Part shown: positions 25,382 through 32,000 of the stretch, in pieces
How the letters are laid out: each line of letters starts with the position of its first letter
Position numbering within the stretch: the stretch's first letter is position 1
DNA from: Nanopusillaceae archaeon
GTDB taxonomy: Archaea > Nanobdellota > Nanobdellia > Nanobdellales > Nanobdellaceae
Reading direction: 5' to 3'
NCBI GenBank assembly: GCA_049974095.1
Contig: JBMFJD010000008.1
Span: 18,577-50,576 of the forward strand
Length of the DNA: 32,000 nucleotides
Notes under the pieces: model-generated
What the model was told of the DNA's origin: nothing
Databases searched by the model: none
The model's input: only the letters and a program-made list of their open reading frames with translations
Program-made: the position numbers and the translations under genes

Positions 25382-26759
25382 TATTTTCTTGTCTTAAATT
25401 TATTTTTAGATTTTTCAAAAATTCATCATAATTATTTTTATCAATTATAAATCCTCCAAAATTATCGAAGGTAGAATAATAAATTAAATTGTTCTCGAAT
25501 AATTTTTTAATTATATTATTTATTATTTTTTTATTTTCTTCTCTTGTAGTTTTAATTATTCCTCTATACATATTTTCATTAATCTTATAAAATACAACAA
25601 TAGCTTTTCCTTCAATTATTTTTTCTTTAATTAATAGATCAATTAATGATGGTAAAAAATAACAGTTTCCATAATTTTTTTCTATATTTATTATCTTTAA
25701 TCCATTTTCATCTTTAATTTCAATTTTCCCCTCAATAATTTCATATAATAATTTTGAAAAATTGCTTCTCAAATAACTTTCAGAATCTTTTATTATATCT
25801 ATTGGATATTTTTTTAAGAAATATAATATTCCATCTTTTTTATTACTTTCAATTATTCCTTCTATAGAATATAACAATTCTAATAAGTCCCCTATTTCTC
25901 CATTTTTATTTATTTTATAAATTTCTCCTATTAGATCTTCTGTTCTTTGTAAATTATTCTTTAATTTTATTTTTATTATATTACTAACTAATTTTTTCAA
26001 ATCATCTTCTGATAGATCTGAATAATTTATATTTGCTATTCCCTTATCATTTATATTTAATTCTTTTAATATTGTCAATGCTTTTTCATCGCTTCCGGTT
26101 ATGTTTGGTATATAAAAATTAAATGATGAACTCAAAGATTTATATAAAGGTTTTGTAAAAATACCTGGCAAATTAATTCCAGATACAATAGAAATTATTT
26201 CATTATCTTGCAATTCTTTTAGTATTTCTTTATTTATATTTGACGAATCATAAAGATTTCCAACTAAAGATAAATATAATAATTCTCTTGCATGTGGATA
26301 TATCATTTTTACTAAATAATATATAATATTTGATGTAGAAATCTCTTTTATTCCATCTATATTAAATAAATTTGGATTAATATTTATTACATTATTTAAT
26401 TCTAAATCTTTTGCACCTATAAAATGATGATCAATAATATATATCCTTTTCTTTGCTTCTTTATTTAACTTTATTATATCTTCAGAAAATAATGATCCAT
26501 TATCTAAAAAAATAATATTATTATATTCATATGAATTTTCCCCATTAAATAGTTCATTTATCTGTCCTTTTTTAATATAATCTAAATATGTTAAATGTAA
26601 TTCTGCACTCTTTTTATATAAATAATTTAATAATAGAATTGAAGAAGATAAACCATCAGGATTTAACGAAGAAATTATCAAAAAATTTTCATTACTTTCT
26701 AAAGATTTATTTATTTTTTCAGAAACTTCTTCTAAATAAGATAAAAACCTATTGTTCAT
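25374..26759 (-). CDS. RecJ/Cdc45-like DHH-family protein (GAN-type) with degenerate catalytic motifs
   Basis: Motif III IYIIDHH is retained and IIFLDNG is motif II-like. Motif I reads SSLNPDGLSS instead of H/D-x-D...DGD, and no GGGH (DHHA1) motif is visible. The start overlaps the rps15 stop by 4 nt, in the same operon. Confidence 0.65.
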   Translation of the reverse strand: MNNRFLSYLEEVSEKINKSLESNENFLIISSLNPDGLSSSILLLNYLYKKSAELHLTYLDYIKKGQINELFNGENSYEYNNIIFLDNGSLFSEDIIKLNKEAKKRIYIIDHHFIGAKDLELNNVININPNLFNIDGIKEISTSNIIYYLVKMIYPHARELLYLSLVGNLYDSSNINKEILKELQDNEIISIVSGINLPGIFTKPLYKSLSSSFNFYIPNITGSDEKALTILKELNINDKGIANINYSDLSEDDLKKLVSNIIKIKLKNNLQRTEDLIGEIYKINKNGEIGDLLELLYSIEGIIESNKKDGILYFLKKYPIDIIKDSESYLRSNFSKLLYEIIEGKIEIKDENGLKIINIEKNYGNCYFLPSLIDLLIKEKIIEGKAIVVFYKINENMYRGIIKTTREENKKIINNIIKKLFENNLIYYSTFDNFGGFIIDKNNYDEFLKNLKINLRQENII

Positions 26760-27139
26760 ATAGATCCATACATCTTTGCTATATCTCTACTATATTCAAA
26801 TGATTCTGGTAATTTTCCCTTCTTTTTATAATATTTTATTAATGATCTTATTCTATTTTCTAATTCTTCTAAAGCTTTTTTTGTTACAATATCTTTTTTA
26901 TTTGTTTCTAGATGCTTAACCATTCTATTTACTTTTTTAAATAAATATATTAACTCTTCCGGTATTTCTAATTTTAATCCTAATTCTTTTGCATATCTTG
27001 TTAATTTTTTTCCAGTTATATCCCTTACTTTTATTCTAAATTCTTCTTTTATTCTTTTTCCTATTAATGAGGGAGTAGACCCTTTATTCCATAAATCTTT
27101 TATTATACCATTAATTTCTTCTTTATTTACGTTTTCCAT
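26756..27139 (-). CDS. rps15: 30S ribosomal protein S15 (uS15/S13e)
   Basis: The block KHLETNKKDIVTKKALEELENRIRSLIKYYKKKGKLPESFEY matches the conserved S15P/S13e C-terminal domain. The N-terminal S13e-type domain is also present. Confidence 0.88.
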   Translation of the reverse strand: MENVNKEEINGIIKDLWNKGSTPSLIGKRIKEEFRIKVRDITGKKLTRYAKELGLKLEIPEELIYLFKKVNRMVKHLETNKKDIVTKKALEELENRIRSLIKYYKKKGKLPESFEYSRDIAKMYGSI

Positions 27140-27170
27140 TATTACTTACATTATAAAAATATTAAAAAAA

Positions 27171-27677
27171 TTATCTTTCATAAATGCCAATTGTATATCC
27201 ATAGCCAATTATATCTTCTTCTTTGATATTTTTCATAAAGTCTTCAAATATAATACCTTCGATGTTTAATTCTCTTCCTAATGCTAAAATAATAACATAA
27301 TATCTATGTTTTCCATGTCCTTTTGGTGGACATGGCCCATTATATCCAGTTTTTCCAAAATCATTTTTTCCTTGTATTATTTCTGCTTCTTCTATTTTTG
27401 CAATTCTATCTTTTTTAACATTTTCTGGAATATATTTTATTGGTTTATTTATATATGCTATCCAATGCCTAAATATTCCAATTGGTGCATCAGGGTCTTC
27501 TACAATTAATAATAGACTTTTTGTTTCTTCTAGTAAATTTTCTATTACAATAGGAAAAGATATGTCTTCTCCTTCACAAGTATATCTTTTTGGTATTTTT
27601 TCCATTTCTCTAAATGCTGTAGAATATACTTGAAATCTTTTTGCATTATCTGGTATTTTTATATCTAAAATCTCCAT
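27171..27677 (-). CDS. PEBP-family protein (YbhB/YbcL, Raf-kinase-inhibitor-like)
   Basis: Family signatures VEDPDAP...F.HW, GKNDFGKTGYNGPCPPKGHGKHRYYVIILAL. Confidence 0.85.
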   Translation of the reverse strand: MEILDIKIPDNAKRFQVYSTAFREMEKIPKRYTCEGEDISFPIVIENLLEETKSLLLIVEDPDAPIGIFRHWIAYINKPIKYIPENVKKDRIAKIEEAEIIQGKNDFGKTGYNGPCPPKGHGKHRYYVIILALGRELNIEGIIFEDFMKNIKEEDIIGYGYTIGIYER

Positions 27678-27711
27678 AATTAAATATTATTAAAAATTCT
27701 TATAACTCTAT

Positions 27712-27772
27712 TTAATTATGATGAGAAAAATAATTCTGATAAAATGATGAATTGTCGGTCTTCTGAATTTTA
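27712..27772 (+). ncRNA. C/D box sRNA (2'-O-methylation guide RNA)
   Basis: C ATGATGA 27718-27724, an 11-nt guide, D' CTGA 27736-27739, a TAAA linker, C' ATGATGA 27744-27750, a 12-nt guide ATTGTCGGTCTT, and D CTGA 27763-27766. This is the canonical compact archaeal architecture, located in an intergenic spacer. Terminal-stem pairing is weak. Confidence 0.8.
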
Positions 27773-27803
27773 AAAATATAAAAATATTTTAAAATAATAA
27801 ATT

Positions 27804-28262
27804 ATGACTGTTTTAAGAGAGTATGAATATGAGGATCACACTGCAGATATAGAAATTATTGGTTATGGAAATACGCCAAAAAGAGCAATTGAAGCTTTAG
27901 TTCTTGGGATGGTAAATATAATATACGATAATGAAAAAGTTGAGAAAAAAGAATTAAAAGAATTTGTAATTGAAGGAAAAGATATATTGGAAATAATATA
28001 TAAAGTTGCAAAAATATGTTTAGAAGATGTATTTTATAAAGAAAAACTTGCTATAAGAGATATAAGAGTAAAGAATTTAAAAAGAATAAGAATTGAAAGT
28101 AAAAAATATAAGTGGATGTGCAGGTTTGAGGTTTATGGAGAAAAATATGATAAAGAAAAACATGGATTTAAAAAGGAAGTAAAAGCTGTTACATTGCATG
28201 ATATAAATATTACAAAAATAATGAAAACTTATTGGACAACAGAATTGGTTGTAGATGTCTAG
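27804..28262 (+). CDS. Archease (RtcB RNA-ligase activator / tRNA maturation chaperone)
   Basis: N-terminal signature YEYEDHTADIEIIGYGNTPKRAIEALVLGM, the C-terminal KAVTLHD block, and a length of 152 aa. Confidence 0.88.
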   Translation: MTVLREYEYEDHTADIEIIGYGNTPKRAIEALVLGMVNIIYDNEKVEKKELKEFVIEGKDILEIIYKVAKICLEDVFYKEKLAIRDIRVKNLKRIRIESKKYKWMCRFEVYGEKYDKEKHGFKKEVKAVTLHDINITKIMKTYWTTELVVDV

Positions 28263-29131
28263 CTTTCTTTTTTACTCTCAAAATATTTATATATTGGGAT
28301 ATTTCCTATAAGATAATATAATAGATCTAGAATAATTGCAATAAACAAAACTATTGAAAATTCTCTTACAGATGGTACAGGAACAAATAAATATAATATT
28401 ATCAAAGTATATAAAGCGATTAATTCCATTAACATACCAACTCTAAAAGACATCTTTACTTTTTCAATAAATGGTTTTTCCTTTTCTTTTACAATATTTG
28501 TTGATAAAACTACATTATTATCTATTGCAAAACCTAGAATCATTAACATTGCAATAAAACCATTTGCTCCTATTGGGTATTTTATTGTAGATAATATTGC
28601 TAATAATCCTAAAATATCAAAAGCAATTGTTGACATAATATTTAATGTTACATTTGATACTCTAAATGCAATAAATATTATAAGTCCTACTAAAACCATT
28701 GTGATAAATACAAACTCTACAAATTGATTAAATATTATATTTCCAACTATAGAACTATATTGTTGTACAGAAATATCTTGAGAAGATAATGGAATATTAT
28801 AATATGAATTAAATAGATAAATTAGTTCTGATGTATTTATTTTTTCTCCAGATTCTATATAAGTTATGCTTGGAGTATTATATATTATATAATTTGTTAC
28901 ATTTATCTTATATAAAACATTATTTATTTCTTGATTTGTGATATGATAATTATTATTTATCATTGTAATATATCCTCCAGATATATCAATTGATTTATTT
29001 AAAATATATCCATTCCTCAAATAATTAAATAATATAGTCCCTATAAAAATAATAAACAATACTATTGTTACAATAATAAATTTTTTGTAGTTTTTTTCTA
29101 CAAATGTTAGAATCTTTGTTAGCAGGTCCAT
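28259..29131 (-). CDS. secF: SecF-like protein-export membrane protein (SecD/SecF family)
   Basis: 290 aa. N-terminal TM, the periplasmic-type segment SIDISGGY, then 5 TMs containing the family block FDILGLLAIL...FIAMLMILGFAIDNNVVLSTNIVKEKE. No adjacent secD is visible. Confidence 0.6.
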   Translation of the reverse strand: MDLLTKILTFVEKNYKKFIIVTIVLFIIFIGTILFNYLRNGYILNKSIDISGGYITMINNNYHITNQEINNVLYKINVTNYIIYNTPSITYIESGEKINTSELIYLFNSYYNIPLSSQDISVQQYSSIVGNIIFNQFVEFVFITMVLVGLIIFIAFRVSNVTLNIMSTIAFDILGLLAILSTIKYPIGANGFIAMLMILGFAIDNNVVLSTNIVKEKEKPFIEKVKMSFRVGMLMELIALYTLIILYLFVPVPSVREFSIVLFIAIILDLLYYLIGNIPIYKYFESKKES

Positions 29132-29184
29132 TTCTAATATTTTTTAAAAAAATATATAAACTTATTTTTTATCCAATAAGGTAT

Positions 29185-30984
29185 ATGAGAACTTTTAATT
29201 ATCTTATTGAAATAATACTTGTTATATCTTTAATACTTGTATATTTTACTACTTTAAAATTTCCATCATCTCCGTCTTCTTATATTAATTCTTTTAATAA
29301 AAAATATATATTGTATAGTGGCTTAGGAAGTACATATAATAACGAATTCTTATCATATTTACAAACAAATCAATTTGATGTATTATCCTATTTATATTAT
29401 TGGATGTTTTCTGGTGAATTTTCATCATATTATTTAAAAATGAGTTTTTATTATCCAATAAACTTTTATAATCTGGGTAACTATTCATGTTATGAATTTT
29501 TATTTCCATTTCCAAATTTAGAGGGTATTTATTATACGCAACAAGTGCAAAATGTTTATGAGAACTTTTTCTTTGTATATAACAAAAATTATGATATATG
29601 TGCAAATTTTTCTTCTTCTCTAGATTGGTATGAAGTCTTGGTGAATGTTTATAATTCTTCTAATATCTCTTTATTTTTAAATATATCAAATATGATAAAT
29701 CAAACTATAGATCCTTATTCTTTTTTTGCATATGATATAAACTCTTATCCAATAAGTATTGGTTATCTAAATATTTCTTATATAATAACAAATTCTGGAA
29801 CAATACCAATTGTAAATATTTCATTTAACTTACCTCCAGGATATAGTTCTTCAATAATTATTTTATTTAGAGCAGAAAATATAACTTATAATTATTTGAA
29901 TTTCGATAACTATCAATTAGTTAATAATCTACCTGCTCAACAGGTTTCTTTTTCTTTTTCTCCATTTAGTTGGGAAACATTATATGTTTATTCTCAATGT
30001 TTTGATAATTCAAATGTTATATCATTTACAAGTTATAATCAATTCTTTAATTTAACAAATTCTTCGTACTATCCTCCACAATTATCTGGAAATGTTCCAA
30101 TAACTGTTGCTGCATGGATTTATATAAATAGTTATAATTCATCTTCATGTTGGGGAGGAGAAAATTATATAAGTACATTACATCATACTTCTAATGTTCC
30201 AGATTATAAAGGTTCTACTTTTAGGCAAATTATTTTACCAAATAATAGTCAATATTATTTGGGGATTGATGAAAGTAATGGTGTGGGATATTTACCAAAT
30301 TATACATTACCATTAAATCAATGGATTTTTGTATTCTGGGAATATAATAATACCAATGGACAGTTTTATGGTGGATTTATAAATCAAACAGGATTATATT
30401 ATGGGCAAATTATTGGTTATGATGGATGGCAGTTAGGTCCTTTAAATTTATATTCTGCACCAAATGAAACAATTTATTTAGGAAGTCATCCAATATCATA
30501 TCCACCAGAATGTACTTTTTTAGGAGATATTTATGTAATAGCATTTTATAATAAAGATTTGTCATTGAATCAATTAGAAAATATATATTATACTGGAGAT
30601 TTTGAACAATACGATCCTGTAGTTATATATTATGGAAAGAATTATAATCCATCAACAGGAATTTTATATTCTAGTAATCAAAATTATAATTTGCAGGCAT
30701 ATAATAATCCTCAATTATACTCTTCTATTTCTCCTTATGATCAATTAATAGTAGAATATACGATTCCTCCAAATTATCAAGATCAAATCCAATCATCAAA
30801 TATAAATATTTCATATTGTTATCCAATACCTACTTATTATTCTTTTGAACTAATACCAAGTAATCAATATAATTTCTGGTCATATTTTAATGTAAATCCA
30901 GTACCTATTAATTATAAATATGCTAGTAGTGCAGTATTTCCATATGGCCTAGGATTTTCAAAATTTACTGTATATGGCTCGTAG
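29185..30984 (+). CDS. Membrane-anchored surface protein with a LamG/concanavalin-A-like (Laminin_G_3) domain. Asn/Tyr-rich and sequon-rich.
   Basis: Signal-anchor MRTFNYLIEIILVISLILVYF. The LamG-like block is ITVAAWIYINS...WIFVFWEYNNTNGQFYGGFIN...IYLGSHP...FLGDIYVIAFYNKDLSLNQLENIYY. The track ORF starts at 29104, but that start would overlap the divergent secF-like start by 28 nt, so I prefer ATG 29185. Confidence 0.7.
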   Translation: MRTFNYLIEIILVISLILVYFTTLKFPSSPSSYINSFNKKYILYSGLGSTYNNEFLSYLQTNQFDVLSYLYYWMFSGEFSSYYLKMSFYYPINFYNLGNYSCYEFLFPFPNLEGIYYTQQVQNVYENFFFVYNKNYDICANFSSSLDWYEVLVNVYNSSNISLFLNISNMINQTIDPYSFFAYDINSYPISIGYLNISYIITNSGTIPIVNISFNLPPGYSSSIIILFRAENITYNYLNFDNYQLVNNLPAQQVSFSFSPFSWETLYVYSQCFDNSNVISFTSYNQFFNLTNSSYYPPQLSGNVPITVAAWIYINSYNSSSCWGGENYISTLHHTSNVPDYKGSTFRQIILPNNSQYYLGIDESNGVGYLPNYTLPLNQWIFVFWEYNNTNGQFYGGFINQTGLYYGQIIGYDGWQLGPLNLYSAPNETIYLGSHPISYPPECTFLGDIYVIAFYNKDLSLNQLENIYYTGDFEQYDPVVIYYGKNYNPSTGILYSSNQNYNLQAYNNPQLYSSISPYDQLIVEYTIPPNYQDQIQSSNINISYCYPIPTYYSFELIPSNQYNFWSYFNVNPVPINYKYASSAVFPYGLGFSKFTVYGS

Positions 30985-32000
30985 TCAATTATATCTATAT
31001 ACAATTGTAGTTTTATTATTAATTTTATTTTATTTTTTATCAAATTTAAATACAATTTCTCAAGAATCAGAATTTTATCAGCATTTTTATCCTCAATATG
31101 GAGAGATATATAAATTAGAATATGGAAATTATATATATCAAAATATTATTAATTTATATGGATCTACATTAATTCCATTTACAGTTTATTATAATTGTTC
31201 TTATAATTTATTACAAATTCCAAATTATTTTAATTCAACCCATGTAATTGTTATAGATGAAGATTTCGATTTTTTACCTTCTTATCCCTCAAATAATTTT
31301 GTAACATTTGAAATAGTAAATAATTATTCTATTAGTTTATCTCAAAATGGTTATTGTATTTTCAATGGTTATGAAGTATATAATCCTAATTTTAATATTG
31401 ATTTTCAGCAATCAGGGAATAACTATTATCAGATAATATTTTATCCTCAAAGTATATTTACAATTAATAAAGAATATTTAGGGAATCTAAATAATATATT
31501 TTCAACAATTAATTTTGATTACTTAAACTACTATAGATGTCTATCTGGAAAAATTAGTTCAATATATTTGCAGAAAATTTTAACAGGAATTACTATTAAT
31601 TTATTAAATATTTCAAATGCAAATTTAAATGGAAGTACTATACAGGTTTATATTTCTAATGGTAATATTTGTCCAATTAATTTAGAAAAAATATATTATG
31701 ATGTGTATAATATTCCTGAATTTGGAACCAATCTTAATACTTCTTCTAACAATAGTATAATTTATTCAGGTCAAAATTTAATTGCAGATTACAATTATTA
31801 TAATGATACATTATACTTTTGCTTAGAATCCTTAGGAAATGAAGAATGCATACTAATAAATAATGTACCTGTACAATACTATGTTCCAATAACAATATAC
31901 AATTCTCAAAATATTCCTACTCCTTCTCCATTCCAACAATTAATTTATATTCCAAATAATTCTAATTTATATAATTATATTGATTCAAATGGACAAAATG
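30974..32000 (+). CDS. Second Asn/Tyr-rich surface protein (5' part only, continues beyond the window). Not in the supplied ORF track.
   Basis: ATG at 30974 overlaps the previous stop by 11 nt. I translated 342 consecutive sense codons to the window edge with no stop. N-terminal signal-anchor MARSQLYLYTIVVLLLILFYFL. Many N-x-S/T sequons. Near the end, YYVPITIYNSQNIPTPSPFQQLIYIP resembles the DUF2341-type motif. Confidence 0.75.
   Translation, partial: MARSQLYLYTIVVLLLILFYFLSNLNTISQESEFYQHFYPQYGEIYKLEYGNYIYQNIINLYGSTLIPFTVYYNCSYNLLQIPNYFNSTHVIVIDEDFDFLPSYPSNNFVTFEIVNNYSISLSQNGYCIFNGYEVYNPNFNIDFQQSGNNYYQIIFYPQSIFTINKEYLGNLNNIFSTINFDYLNYYRCLSGKISSIYLQKILTGITINLLNISNANLNGSTIQVYISNGNICPINLEKIYYDVYNIPEFGTNLNTSSNNSIIYSGQNLIADYNYYNDTLYFCLESLGNEECILINNVPVQYYVPITIYNSQNIPTPSPFQQLIYIPNNSNLYNYIDSNGQN

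Noticed and set aside
8341-27509. Other nested antisense ORFs: 8341-8568, 10279-10473, 15045-15314, 16129-16314, 19697-19921, 20405-20620, 21392-21619, 23110-23397, 24691-24951, 26588-26803, 27306-27509, and also 29294-29605.
   Set aside because: Each is fully contained in, and antisense to, a gene with clear family signatures or a coherent long ORF. Their composition matches shadow frames.
29104-29184. The upstream start (ATG 29104) for the LamG surface protein.
   Set aside because: It would overlap the divergent secF-like start codon by 28 nt and leave no promoter space. ATG 29185 gives a typical signal-anchor N-terminus and a 53-nt divergent spacer with a central TATA-like box. The upstream start is not excluded.
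1-32000. Looked for CRISPR arrays, IS elements, transposases, integrases, rRNA genes and recognisable defence systems across the window.
   Set aside because: There are no regularly spaced direct repeats and no transposase, integrase or Cas-like motifs in any ORF. The only GC-rich islands are the four tRNAs. The short repeats I saw are coding low-complexity sequence.

Overview
This is a very AT-rich (by eye about three-quarters A+T, not computed), extremely gene-dense archaeal chromosomal segment. I support about 42 protein genes, four GC-rich tRNA genes (two with introns) and one C/D box sRNA that the ORF track cannot show. The content is mostly informational housekeeping. Replication and repair genes: PCNA, archaeal histone, endonuclease III, an alkyltransferase-like/endonuclease V fusion, RadA, an XPD-type Fe-S helicase and two DHH/RecJ-like proteins. 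Translation and RNA genes: aIF5A, ribosomal proteins L15e, S8e, S11 and S15, an Sm protein, RtcA and archease. Other genes: an M16 peptidase pair, a minimal SufC/SufBD pair, a PEBP protein and a SecF-like protein. The accessory-looking parts are a MacB-type ABC transporter operon with an embedded Asn-rich, sequon-rich surface protein, and a tandem of LamG-type surface proteins at the 3' end, the second of which runs off the window and is missing from the ORF track. AT-rich coding DNA with GC-rich stable RNAs, tiny intergenic spacers, frequent ATGA overlaps and small gene versions suggest a reduced-genome thermophilic archaeon of the DPANN/Nanoarchaeota type. That lineage assignment is inference and low confidence. 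I see no rRNA, CRISPR array, transposase/integrase or recognisable defence system. The most interesting items are the ATL-EndoV fusion with altered catalytic residues, the C/D sRNA whose guide matches the pre-tRNA-Leu exon-intron junction, the ABC/surface-protein operon, an unknown gene translationally coupled to rtcA, and the leaderless, interdigitated promoter geometry.
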